A stretch of DNA of 63,926 bases, filler included, from Neolecta irregularis DAH-3 (GCA_001929475.1; 4 parts of 4 records of this genome joined end to end with filler, not necessarily neighbours in it), one strand, 5' to 3'. Positions 1 to 12,321 are shown, numbered from the whole stretch's first letter. Notes: a model not told the origin generated them from the letters alone. Made by a program: numbers and translations.

Positions 1-92
1 GATATAGATGGTAGAATCAAGTTATTTTTCTCTCTGATTCATTTGGTTTGGATTTGCTTGGATCTTGTTTATTTTCTATTTGGCTATCTCCA

Positions 93-164
93 TACAACGA
101 ATCCTCGTTATAACGAACTGAAAACGCTGCCAAGCGATATTCATTATATCCAGGTTTGACTGTA
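93..164. mobile_element. Tc1/mariner (pogo/Tigger-like) MITE or terminal remnant
   Basis: Right end reverse-complements to TA-CAGTCAAACCTGGATATAATGAA. An imperfect inverted copy TA-CAACGAATCCTCGTTATAACGAA lies at 93-117. Both are bounded by TA. Confidence 0.45.
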
Positions 165-441
165 CATCCGAAATCCTGTGCGACCTTCGCGTCCCCCCCG
201 CCCCCGTCCCCCCGGAAAACAACTTGCCTCGTCCATTGTGAAAAAAAAATTTAATAATAAAAAAAGAACCGGACTAATCGCAAAGCCCACGCTCTCCGAC
301 AGAAATTCCATTAGGTGAGAAGATGTAGAATGTTTGGTATTGTTCTGGAGGTATAATCGAATTCAAGGTCTCTTCTTTCCAGAATTAGCTACACTCGATA
401 TTCATTGAAGACAAGAGTTGTTATATTGGAGGTAGAGTGAA

Positions 442-1320
442 TCATTTACCTAATCCCAGATCACTTGTAGATTCAGGCGTTACATTCAAGCGCGTAGAAC
501 CGTGTGATACGGTAGGTACTCGACCTATATCGGATGGAGTTGTCATTACTGTGATAACATGACTCGCTATTCCAGTTCGAGTCAGTCCGACACGAAAGGA
601 GCACCTCGAAGACTGATAGATACCGCAAGCATGGCGAATATTCACATCAAGAAGATGCTCATTGGGTGAACCTAAGCGCTGTTCATGTGGATCAAGGCGT
701 TGAATCTCGAAACATGTCAAAGCTTTCTTTTCTGTAATACCGTAAACAATTTGCCTCGATCGGTCCTCATCAGAAGGATTGAATAAACTTGGCAATGGGA
801 GACCTTCAAGTTCTGCTGGATAATATCCCAAAGCCGGTCGAACAGAACTCGAAACTATTGCGCATACGAAATCCAGTGTGGTGATAAACACGCATTCAAA
901 AGGTGAAATATGAGGCAGACGCGACTCTGCAAATTCCGATGTTGAATCTTTTCCTGAAGCAGAGGACACCGAATCTGCATAAGGCGGGGAGTTTGAGGTA
1001 GGGCTGGTAATCTGGAGAGGTAATCGTTTGGGGGCATAGCTTTCCGAGCGACGTCGCCCACAATAGCGATATTGCCCGCTGACGCAAGAGTCTTCTTTAC
1101 CTCTAGAAACACACTTTGCGCAAGGCCTGTCGGCTGTACCTCAGTATATGGATTATGGTTAGCGTATACAGTCGCAGGAGTAGTGGCCCTGGCGACAATT
1201 CGTACAAGCTACGCCAACATTGGGCTTGTTTCTGCGTCTCCGGCGAGGTGGAGACAACTGCGAACGGACATCCGAGTAGGATATTAGAGCAGATAACGGT
1301 GGTAAGGAGTGGTTGTACAT
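442..1320 (-). CDS. Zn(II)2Cys6 transcription factor with C-terminal PAS-like domain
   Basis: ATG at 1320. Removing a 36-nt GT-AG intron (1134-1169) gives RRRRRNKPNVGVACTNCRQGHYSCDSDRPCAKCVSRGKEDSC (CX2CX6CX5CX2CX8C). The frame continues into ORF 442-969, which has PAS-like CVFITTLDF...LGYYPAELEG. Confidence 0.8.
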
Positions 1321-1825
1321 GTAAAATACCCGCAGTAGCGGAATAGTGCGAAATCTGTGTCTTATACCAGATCGGGGATTGAGTTTCTAGTCTAGAAGAA
1401 AGGAGTCAAATGTGACGCAAAGACTCCAAGCATCGTGTATTGTAGGCAATGAATTTGTGCCCAGGAACGACGCCACAGATATCCGAGATCGAGGATCTAC
1501 ATGCCATAAACGGCACCTCTCCTTGAGATCTTGTAGATCGCAATTAGAGAAGCAGACAGATACCCTATTGTGTATACATACACAAGATGTGTCGGAGCAC
1601 AGATTGAAGAGATTGGTTCTTTGCATGTTCAGCCGTCAAGAAAAAGCACTAAAAAGAGATGCGATAATACTACCCCAAGTATGCCATAGGAAAAGAAATC
1701 AGCTATACTGATAAGAAAAAAGTGCATGTTAACGTTCGTATTATTCGATATATATTTCATACGCATCAATTGACCAACCGATGAGGTGAATATGAAAACG
1801 TGGTTTGAATTCGATCTCCTGCGCT

Positions 1826-3448
1826 TCACAGTTTTTTCACAATCTTCTTGTACATCTCTGTTGAAAAGCTCTTTGGTCTGCGTAGAATCAGCAAGCCGAG
1901 ATTTGTAGGAATTAGTTTACCGTTCAAGGCTCATACCCAGAGCTCGGTCCCATATAAGCTGTGGCAACACCCCTAAAGCTCGCGAAACACCAAAGAGCAC
2001 AGTGTAGTAATTTGATTCAGTCAAACCATAATATTGCAGAAGAACACCGCTATGAGCATCAACGTTGGGATATGGATTCTAAGGGTTCAGTAAAAGCGCA
2101 GCCCTGTATCAAAAAAACCTTTGTCTTGCCGTGTTCAGCCAAGACTCTCGGAGCAATTTTGTAGACTTGCGAAACAAGCTTGAACATGGGATCCTCGGGT
2201 AGATATTTCAATGCGAATTCTCGTTGAGCCATGTACCGAGGATCTGTCTTTCGAAGGACAGCATGGCCATACCCAGGAACCACTTGACCAGCTTTGAGTG
2301 TTGACCAGAGGTAATCACTGATGCGCTTTTCCGAGACGTTATCACCTATCGTTTCCTTCATCTTGACCAGCCATCGAAGGACTTCTTGATTGGCAAGTCC
2401 ATGGAGGGGACCCGCCAGTCCGTTCAGACCGGCAGCGAGAGACAACATAGGCGAACTCAAAGCACTTCCGATCAAATGAGTGGCATGTGCCTATCGATAA
2501 ATCATAGGGACTGAGTGAAGAACTTACACTGACGTTTCCACCTTCATGATCCATATGGATAGTGAGATAAAGTCGTAACAATTCGACAAAATCTTTATTC
2601 TCAGCAAACCCGAGCATGTTAGCCAAATTGAAGCTATAGTCTTTGTCTTTCTGAATATCGGCGACTTTCCCATCTCTAAACAAATTCCGATAAATCCGAG
2701 CGGCGATGCCGGGGACTTTAGCGATAAGATTCATACTATCTTCGAACGTATATATCCAGTATTCCTTCTTGTTGATGCCTTTCTCGTAGGCTTTTGAGAA
2801 AGTTGATTCCCCTTCAAGGGCAGTGACAGCTGAAACGACTTAATATCCAGCAGTAAGAGGATATTACCAAGTGAAAACTGAGCCATGGGATGCAACGTTG
2901 AAGGACATCGATCAATCAATTCCCCGATGTAAGAAGGTAGTTCTGCTCTAGCAGCCCATTCTGCAGAAAGATCACGAACTTGTTGTTCACTAGGCACCTC
3001 GCCAGTCAAAAGCAGCCAAAATAGACCTTCGGGTAGCGGTTCTTGACCACCAGGGGCCTTTGGAAGGATTTGTTGACATTCAGGAATTGTTTTGCCACGG
3101 AATCTGATGCCCTCCTCGGAATCGAGTACAGATCCCTCCCAGACTAGACCTATGATGCCTCGCATTCCGGTGTATACTTGATCAAGCGTAACTTCACAGA
3201 TCTTTTTGTTTCCATGTTCAGTTCGGAGATTCTTTACATTTTCTTGTTCACCGGGAATCAATTCGGCAAGACGGTCTTTGAGGGTCTGGGGATGTGTAAG
3301 TTGCTGCATTTAATATGGCCAAATCACCTGAACTTTTGCCGAGTAGAAACGTGTTGAGAAAGCGGAGCGGCCATTCTACATGATCAGATTAACGATGGCA
3401 ATTACAAAAAGGCACAAGCAGAGGACGTGCGAGGCGTAGACCGGACAT
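1826..3448 (-). CDS. CIT1: mitochondrial citrate synthase (multi-exon)
   Basis: Motifs [62 protein letters not shown] and [11 protein letters not shown]. Arg/Leu-rich N-terminus; ends [17 protein letters not shown]. Confidence 0.95.
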
Positions 3449-3728
3449 GAAGGGAGATGTTTCAAATGGTGGTGGGCAAAAAATCAACCGGTGGATACGA
3501 AAAGATGTCGGAACGACCTTTCCGACAACCGAAGCCGCCCGAACTCTAAAGGAGATGGTTCTGACGAAGCCAACCTAGGTAAATGAAGTAGATAATTAAT
3601 CGAAGAATTCCAAAAGAAATCTTGTATTGATTCAAAATTTTCAATCCCTTAAGAACATAGCTCTGAAAATGTTTTTCTTCTACAAAGAGGGGAATGAAGG
3701 CAGAAAGATGGGCCAGGGAAAAAGACTT

Positions 3729-3811
3729 TGATGAGAGTGGGATTTGAACCCACGCGGGTTGCCCCACTAGGACCTTAACCTAGCGCCATAGACCAACTCG
3801 GCCATCTCACC
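3729..3811 (-). tRNA. tRNA-Leu(AAG)
   Basis: GGTGAGATGGCCGAGTTGG...CTAGG-TTAAGGT-CCTAG...GGTTCAAATCC...CTCATCA. A and B boxes, long variable arm and a downstream T-run are present. Confidence 0.95.
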
Positions 3812-3903
3812 AGACTTTATCGCTCATCACAATTTTCCACTATCTTCGAATGACTTCGATGGTATTACATATAAAATCACTCAAAAACAAAGTTCAGAAT
3901 TAT

Positions 3904-4068
3904 GCTAGTAATATTGCATGCTATATTGCATGCCATAATGCTTACTCACAAGTATTAAATTGTCCTAAATACAACAAATTCAGTAATAAGCTGGTGATAT
4001 TGTATACTATATTGCAAGTCATAATGCTTATGAAAGTATTATTCGCAAAGTAATAAAATGTCCTAAAT
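3904..4068. repeat. degenerate direct repeat (2 copies, ~67-79 bp) in the tRNA spacer
   Basis: gctagtaatattgcatgctatattgcatgccataatgctta...tgtcctaaat (3904-3970) vs gctggtgatattgtatactatattgcaagtcataatgctta...tgtcctaaat (3990-4068). Confidence 0.7.
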
Positions 4069-4091
4069 GGGGTCTAGTCCCAAATCGCCCT

Positions 4092-4174
4092 GGTGAGATG
4101 GCCGAGTTGGTCTATGGCGCTAGGTTAAGGTCCTAGTGGGGCAACCCGCGTGGGTTCAAATCCCACTCTCATCA
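4092..4174 (+). tRNA. tRNA-Leu(AAG), identical to the copy at 3729-3811
   Basis: Same 83-nt sequence on the + strand, followed by a T-run. Confidence 0.95.
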
Positions 4175-4336
4175 TTCGTTTTTGTTGTTTCGCGCCGGTT
4201 CGCACATTTGAATGGTTGAAATGTTCAGGATCTATTTCCAGACTCGAAGAAGACAAACTCTGCATAATATGATATTCGTGCTTTTCGACACACTGTTGTC
4301 TAAAACTATTATTTGATACATTGCTGTTCGTGTCAA

Positions 4337-5864
4337 ATGCGTCAAGTCTCAACAATGCAACATCATGCACTTCCAGAGAATTACGACGTGGTAATAGAGG
4401 GCACTGGTCTTCCTGAAGCTATTTTCGCTGCGTAAAAACAACTTATTTGGCTATGTTGAATTATTAGTGCATGTGCTTGGAGCGGTAAAAAGGTATTCCA
4501 TTTGGATCCATTACCTTTTTACGGAGGCTGTTGGACGGCATTGAATCTCGATGAAATTCGCAGCCTTTCAAATACCACGGAAGATGGTTTGCTCTGTGGA
4601 TTGACGAAAAGCTTAAAGAAAAGATTCCCCTCTCAAGCGACAATATAAATATTTGGATTTATCTATTCCAGAGCCCGACCAATTGCCACCCTCCCGATCT
4701 TGTTCAATTGACCTTTCGCCCCGGCTATTATATTGTCGTTCAGAGATGATAGATCTTTTGGTGTCAACAAAGATGAGTCAATACCTCGAATTTATAGCCC
4801 TTGGCGACTTTTGGCTATATACAGATCGTGGCTTTCTGAAAGTCCCGAGCGGAAGAGAGGATATTTTCGCTTCAAAGGATCTAGATTTATCAACGAAGCG
4901 GAAAACGATGAAGTTCTTGAAATTCGTCTTGGCATACGACGAGGAAGAAAATTATGAAATGTACCATGGTACGACATCTTTGTAGAACTTGCTAAAACAA
5001 AGAATACGCCGAGAAACCTTTGTCGACTCTACTGTCGGCTTTCAATTTAACAACGGATTTCACTGATTCTTTAATTCACGTTCTTGCGTCATCTGCCGAT
5101 AAATCAATTTCTACCTCCGTTGGCCTTGTGCGAATCAGAAATCATTTATCATCTCTATCTGTGTATGGTTCATTTCCTTGTTTGTTGCCTACCTATGGTG
5201 GTGGTTGTGAACTTTCACAAGCGTTTTGTAGAGCTGCAGCAGTGAAAGGCGCTGTTTACATGCTCAATGCTACACTAAACGGCCCATATCTAAGCAATGG
5301 AGACCGTATTTCATATCAACATCATTTTCGCGGGGTAAATCAGGGTCTCGTGAGTTTTCGAGTTTTGTTAGTGAAAGCACAGATTGAAAAACTGCCATTC
5401 AGCAGAGATGGATCTGTGGTTGTCTTTCCGCCTGATTCTATGGGAAATAAGAATGCAATTACGGTTCGGGTGCATGGGAGTGGTACATGTGAATGCCCTA
5501 AAGGTTATTGTACGTGTCAACTTTGATTCCGTGCCTAATGAAAGTTAACGTCTACATTTCGACCAAAGGAGATCAAATCGATGCGTTCGATTCCGTAGTA
5601 AAAGAGATCCTTCAGAAAGCAGAAGATCATTCTGGTTGAGATAATTCTTCATTTTAAATTGCTAACCGTCCAGTACTATTAGCTTTCACATATATACAAG
5701 GCTGTAATGCTAATGACGATACTATAGCGGTACCCATCGTGAATAATCTAGAGTCTCCAACATATGATGACGCTATATCTGAAGCTAAACGTCTTTATGC
5801 AAAGGTTTTTGGAGAGCACAATTCTTTTTTCAAAGTAGAAGCCACTGAAAACGAGTCCAGTTAG
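4337..5864 (+). CDS. MRS6: Rab escort protein / Rab GGTase component A (GDI/REP family), multi-exon
   Basis: YDVVIEGTGLPEAIFAA, HLDPLPFYGG, IDLSPRLLYCRSEMIDLLV, VPSGREDIF and YGGGCELSQAFCRAAAVKGAVYML. Confidence 0.85.
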
Positions 5865-6034
5865 TTTTGCAGTCTCGGTAAGCAAGTTTAAAATTCATCT
5901 CAAAATGTAAAGAAACAACCAGCAAAACTACATTTTAACAAACTTGTCAACACAAAATTTTGTCTAGCTGATGTCAAATATGATCAGGAAAAGGAAATTA
6001 CAAAATCAATATCACGCCCTGGTGATATCCTACT

Positions 6035-7532
6035 CTATTGAGCAGGAATCGGTGTCGCAGCCTCGCTTTTCTTGAATCCGCCTCTTCCTCGACTTCGATC
6101 CCCAGAAATTTGTCCTCGTTTAAAACCATCACCACCTCTTGTCCGCAAACCTCGTCCGCGCCCATCTCCCCTCCCACGACCTCGGAAATCTCCTCGGTAT
6201 CCACCCCGTTCTCGAGGTTCAAATCCTCCTCTGCTTTGTCGTTTGGCGTGTCGAATAATAAAACCATCGTCATCCGATTTTGACACTTCTCTGGATTCCA
6301 CCCGCCCAGAAGGTTTATTCCCATTAGTGCTGGTTGCAACGCTACTATCTTCTTGAGCCTGAACAATTGCAGCGGAATTTGCAACGGAATCGTCGACAAG
6401 AAGTCCAGTTGGTGAGGGTTGGAATTCCGTAGATACATGGTGAGAGATGGCATCAAAAGGATCCTTGACCAGAGTTTGAGCGAGCGGAATATTCATGGAA
6501 GGTATAGTAGACTCACTGATTGACTCCTCTTGTGGCTGGACTTTTAAGTCAGTCGCAAGTTTACAGAAATGATAGTACCATCAATTTCAGATTCATTCAA
6601 GAAGCTAATTGCACCTTGCAGCGGTCTTTGATGTAACTGGATATCTTGAGCAGAATTATCTGGTGAAATATCATTGGATATATTCCCAAAAGTAAGAGGC
6701 TCGTTAGATTCATGTGGTCCTTCTTGCAAGACAGTCTGTTGAGCATAAATGGCGCTCTTTTCTTCAACCATCTCTTTCATGCGAGCCCCTGAAAATCAGA
6801 ATACAACCAAAAAATGGATTATCACAAGTGATTTTGACGTTGCCTTCAATGCCTTCAATAAGTTGATCCTTGCCCGTTGCAAGTGAATTGACATGATTTA
6901 CAGCTGCTTCCCCACCTTCATAAACAATTGTGAGGACTCGTTCGACAGCGGCATCCTCTCCAACATTGTTAGAAGGGGTAGCTCTCGTCCAGCTTGCATG
7001 TCTCAGAAATTGGACAAGTGAAGCAACTTGTCCTATGCCTTCCTTGAACCCTTCTTTCTTTACTGCCCGGAGTTTTTCGTCGTACTCAGAGTGAACTCGA
7101 CGAAATTTTCGAGCATAGAACTCTTGCTCCTCCTTGTCGGATACCTCTATTTGTTTAAGTAGCTCTTGAAGCTCCTTCAAAGGAGCGAGAATCTGGTCTT
7201 TGTGTTCCAGAAGTAAAAGTTGGTCTTTATTGAGGACGCTGACGTCAAGTGCTTGATACTGGTCGATTCTGACCTAATCATCAAAATTACATACCAGAAA
7301 CCGATTTTTGTACTTTTTTCTTCTGCAAGGCACGAATTCGCTTGTTAATGACCTCGAGAAATGGGTGTTTTCTATCCTCAAGGTCAAACTGGGAGCCTTC
7401 TCTGTCGAATTCTGGCGAAGAGGAATATGCTTGGCCATTATTTGATTCAGAGACATGTCGGGAAACCTTCTCGGCTCTCTTTTTTGCTCGCTTACTTTCT
7501 GCAGACGATTGCTGGGTAACGATTTGTGTCAT
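6035..7532 (-). CDS. conserved fungal coiled-coil protein with C-terminal RGG box (Caprin-1-like N-terminus)
   Basis: N-terminal EVINKRIRALQKKK...LNKDQLLLL resembles the Caprin-1 HR1 start. The C-terminus has RGGFEPRERGGYRGDFRGRGRGDGRGRG. Multi-exon. Confidence 0.65.
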
Positions 7533-7826
7533 TTCGCAGTAGTGGTTTGAGTGGATGATATTTGAGGTCGGACTTAAATCTTTGGAGGGAAATTTATATT
7601 TTATGGAAAATCTTGCTACTTCCCTGTATTTCATCATGGTTGCAACGGCCATATGCCCGATTAAGAGGAGATCAAATGGAGGAAAAGGACTGTGTAGATG
7701 ATTATCTCAGATATGTACTATTTGAATATGAATAAGCATCTTATCTGTAAAGTAGTAATATGTCTTGTGAATACCGTACAGCTCCTTCCTAGTATCGTCA
7801 CCATCTATACGGTTCTAGTTTTATTT

Positions 7827-9185
7827 CTATAAGCCACCAGGGGCTTTAACATCTGGTCGTGTAGCAACGCCGATTTGCAGATTCCCAGAGTCGAAAACGA
7901 CATACCAGTTCTTCAAGAAGATCTATGATTAATGAGCAAAAGTCTGCTCAGAATAGAGTCTTACATCGCCAAGAATATCAACGTCGATGTCACCCTTATC
8001 TTGAAGGCCGCCAAAGCATGTGGAGCTGCCATCTTCAATTGGAGCAAATGCCATATCAGCAACTGGAATTCCAAAGTAGGTCGATCCGATTTGATAAAAG
8101 AAATCAGGGCCGGAAATTTTACAAGGGACGGTATATCCGCCCTCTTTCGTGTTCAACTTTGCGCCTTTGATTAACTTGTAGTATGCTTTGACAGTGTCTG
8201 CGTCAGTGAGAACAAGAGTGGTCCCTGTGTCCACAATAGCTTCGGTGTTGACAGCTCGAACTTTATCTCCTAGGCGAACATTCGGGACAGTGAACTGCCA
8301 GAACTGTGCAAGGGAGACAGGAGCGTAAGTGATATCACCGGTATACGCACTGCCATCGAGATATCCTTAAAACTCAACAATGTTACGACGAGACGAAATA
8401 CCAAAGGTGTAAGCACCACCTTTTCCGGGTTCAGAGGGTGCGTTTTTGATCAATTTGACAGTAAAAATAGGCTTCAAATAAGCATTGTGACAAAAGACAA
8501 ACACACTTGACCAACGAGAGCTTGTGCAACCATGTTTTCAAAAGGCGTAATTTGATGTGCGGTGTTGATAGACGAAAAAGCCAATCCCAAGAGACCGTCG
8601 CCAGGACTTTGAATGAACTCGTCTGAAACTTGGGAAGCCAATTCAACAGCCTGATGCTTAATTTCGACACCGCCGATAGTAATAGTATCATATCCAACCT
8701 TGCCAGACGACGAAGAACCATCACCGTATGATATGGACCATTTAAGCGAGGATTCTTGGTAAGCGCTAGATTTGGAAGGGTCGTAAATGGTGTGGTTGGT
8801 AATTTCAGAGGAGTGCTTCAAGAGGGTGCTGAAAACCCACAGATCGGCAGAACCTGAATCGAAATCAAGCATGAATTTCTTTGGCGGGACTCCAATCTGG
8901 ATTTCACCTACGTATAAGCAAGAACCTCCAAACTTAAATTGGACCAAGATACTCCAAATCTGGACGAATGTCGGACAAGGGAACATCTCCTTTCCCGGCA
9001 TTTAAACCGCGAATAGCTGGCAATATAGGCTTTTGCTTATATTTGACAAGAGCATGAGCATATGCACCTCGCCAATTGGGTTTGAAAGAGGGATTAACGT
9101 TGAGAGGGACCGAGAAACCCTTGACTTCTGGAGGAGCAGCAGCGGCAGAAGCGACGATAGCAGCAGCGATAAATTGATACTTCAT
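7827..9185 (-). CDS. secreted aspartic protease (pepsin family A1, aspergillopepsin-like)
   Basis: Signal peptide [16 protein letters not shown], catalytic [12 protein letters not shown] and AIVDTGTT, plus [18 protein letters not shown] and ILGD. Multi-exon. Confidence 0.92.
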
Positions 9186-9870
9186 CGCCAGGCTACCTCT
9201 ATAGATGCCGAGAGAGGCCTTTTTAACAACCTCAAAAGAGGAGAGGGAACCTTATGCAACGGGAGGCAGATAGCGGAGAAACACCCATTAAGACAAGCAA
9301 TTACTGTCGATCCAAGGTTATTAGCATTACTTTATCGAGCCTGACATTTTTGACTCGCAAGTTAATGCTGCTATACCAATGTGGGATATATATTGATAAT
9401 TTCGAGGTAGAATATCCGACGACGTTTAAAGATGCGCGGATAATTTTAATGAGTGGATTGTTATCAAAGCAATGATGAATTGTGAATATCCAATCATAAA
9501 CACAAAGATTAGTTGCTGGGACAACCAACTGCTGCCTCGTTTGGATGCTCGTTGCCGAGATAGCCAATAAAGCGAGGGTCATTAAAGTGACTCTTTCGCA
9601 CAGAACAGATGTTTCAGTGCATAATTCTGGTTTAAATAACATCCCTTAGATTTAAGAGAAAACACGAGTTCTTACATTCTTGATACGAAAGAAAAACCAT
9701 AGGATGAGGTTTTATGTCCATGTAGTATTCGGACTTGCATTATAGTCGAAATCAAAGCATTGAGCCTTGATGACTGTTGTTGTCGCAAAGTCAAAGTCGC
9801 CTGTACCTCTACGACGATGAAATAATTCTGGTTCGAATCAATTGGTTTCAATGTCGCATCAGCCATTCAA

Positions 9871-10901
9871 ATGAAGCAAAAAGCTGATCACTACCTCGCG
9901 ATTCTCGAGAAAGGCATTCTTCGTTTGAGGTTAGTTGACTCAAGTCCAGCCAGAATCAGCCAACTTGATCTCCTATCACTTGATCACCACGAATTAGTCC
10001 GACGAACAGGAATTAATTTGCTTCAACTAAAGGATTACATAGCTTCATTAATTGAATCCTTGCAACCGAAATCTCAAACTGCATTACAACTCCATCAATC
10101 CACTGGATTCGTTTCATCTGGCAATGAAAAAATAGATGAACTACTTGGCGGCGGGATTAGAATTGGAGAGATTACAGAATTTACTGGAGAAGCGTACTAA
10201 TTTGTTTCGGAAGCCGCGTTAATCGGTACAGAGCTTCAGGAAAGTCAACATTGGCTGTCACTACTCTTCTCACCGTCCAATCAACCGCAAGTCCCGAATC
10301 GATATATGTTTCAACGGAGAGCGGTTTATCTACAACTCGGATTTATCAAATTGCAAAGAGATTGGGTATTCCAAGTTCTAACCCAGGAGACAAGATCCAT
10401 TGTATTCTCTGTCCAGATCTCGAAGTCCAAGACCATATCATCCGGTATCAACTGCCTGTTCTACTCTCCCGTCAAAAGATCGGGTTGATCGTGTTGGATA
10501 GTGTTACCGCGAATTACCGAATAGAATATACTGAACGATCAAAAATGTCACAACGAAGTAGAGAGCTTGAGATTCTAGCAGATACTTTGCGACGATATGC
10601 TCAAGAATACAAATTAGCTGTTGTAGTGACCAATCAAGTTGCGGATAAGATTGGAACAGAAGATGACGATATATGGAGTCTGGACTATCAGAATCGCTGG
10701 CTAACTGGACAAACGGGAAAAGTCCCTGCGTTAGGATTTGTTTGGAGTAACTGCATCGACTGCCGGATCGTTCTGAGCAGATATGAAGAAGAGCGTTTAT
10801 TGAACATGGTACTGTGTAATCGAACAGCAGGAGGAAGTATAAAGATCAGAATTGAGGAAGGAGGAGTTGTAGATGGGGACGAAGAGGAAGCGGCTGTATA
10901 A
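9871..10901 (+). CDS. RAD57: Rad51 paralogue Rad57/XRCC3-like
   Basis: SSGNEKIDELLGGGIRIGEITEFTGE|ASGKST (Walker A split by an intron), YVSTESGLSTTRI, LIVLDSVTANYR, VVVTNQV and VPALGFVWSN. Confidence 0.88.
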
Positions 10902-10973
10902 CACATAAAGACCCCAAGATACAAGCCAACTTTGAAACAAAACACCTCTGCATCTTCCAAACTGCGCCTACAG

Positions 10974-11552
10974 TTATTTGCTTTGAACCATCCCCTTTCC
11001 AGTGTAACCCTCGCTGGATATACCAGTGATCGGCTCAATCTTTTGTTTTTTCATTGCTTCATTTGACGCTTCTTGCCATTCTCGAGTCATAGTTCTAGGA
11101 ACTTCACCACCAGCTTAAAGGTCAGTCTCCCAGAAATCAAACAGAGAACACACAGAGACTTCTGAATATATAAGTAAAGATGAGTGAAGCCGAAACCACT
11201 CCAATGACGCCTAGAACCACGTGGCTAGTCTTGGTGGGATCTGGTTTTCTCGGTCCATAATCTCCAAATGACATGTAATAAGCTATTTTCTTTGTCAACC
11301 CTACGATTCTAGGGAAAAAAGAGCAAAAGTACCAGCTCTCTTCTCCTGAAGCGTGAGTTCATGCCAATCGCTCTTTTGTCTGTCTTCCATTTTGTTAAAT
11401 AACTTTTCTTGTGCTTCAACGGGCATTTGTTCCCATCGGGTTTCTAGATCGACTAGTTCGGGACTGCTAATCACAGCTGACGACGCTGAACTTGCATTTC
11501 GGAGGCGAACGAGCGATGGTAGGACTCGTCGCCGAATTGTTGAGATAATCAT
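10974..11552 (-). CDS. COX5: cytochrome c oxidase subunit IV family (yeast Cox5)
   Basis: Mitochondrial presequence, LETRWEQMP...QKSDWHELTLQEKRA, YYMSFG, and C-terminal EPITGISSEGYTGKGMVQSK*. Confidence 0.9.
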
Positions 11553-11712
11553 GGTGGAAGATGGCAGCTGGGAAAGGGAACTTTTGGTGGCGAGATCTCG
11601 TACTGATAGATGGTCGGAAATATATATGACGCTCAATCTCTAGAGTGTTTATTGAATATGTTGTTGAATCCAGAAATATAGAAAGAAAGCTGGTTTAGAC
11701 TTTCAATACAGA

Positions 11713-12185
11713 TCAAAAATCATCTTCCGCCTCGGAACTGACTTCTCCCATTGATCCGTCTTCAATATCTGCATCCAAATCAATATCTTCATCGACTTCG
11801 TCTTCGTCAGCATCTTCAATCTCTGCGTCCAAATCTTCAACGCTTCCCTCCTCAAATTCCGCGGTTTGTTCAGCTAATTCTCGACCTTCGTCAGCCTACA
11901 AAATTGTGAATAGACTCGAGGGTAGAATCGGTACCCCGCGAATTGAATCTGCATCTTCGCGATCCTCTTCTTGGGCGGCAGGTCTCTTCAGACCAATAGG
12001 CCTTAGCCAAAATGACCCGTAGGAACGAATTGCTTCTCTCTGGGGATTGTTCAGATGCCGGATTCCAATTCACACACCTTTTTCTCGTACTCATGTTCCT
12101 CACTTTCGAGGCATTCTCGAGAATAAACGGACGGCGAGGGCGTATAGAATAAGTCATGGGGAAGGGGGAATCCATAATTAATCAT
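11713..12185 (-). CDS. anaphase-promoting complex subunit Apc15/Mnd2-like
   Basis: Spliced model MINYGFPLPHDLFY...LESEEHEYEKK|REAIRSYGSFWLRPIG followed by an acidic DLDAEIED tail. It lies in a different frame from the listed ORF 11891-12175. Confidence 0.7.
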
Positions 12186-12321
12186 AACACCGAGAGTTGG
12201 AGCGTGACGTCAACTAGAAAGAAATACACGCAGCATTTCACGTTACTAGAAAATGAAAAACAAGGAATGTTACAAAGATCTATTTCAAAATGACAGCCTT
12301 TTCCAAAAAGGCTGTTTCACC

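Noticed and set aside
1826..1840. C-terminal KKL of citrate synthase as a peroxisomal PTS1
   Set aside because: It is not a canonical [SAC]-[KRH]-L signal and cannot be supported from sequence alone.
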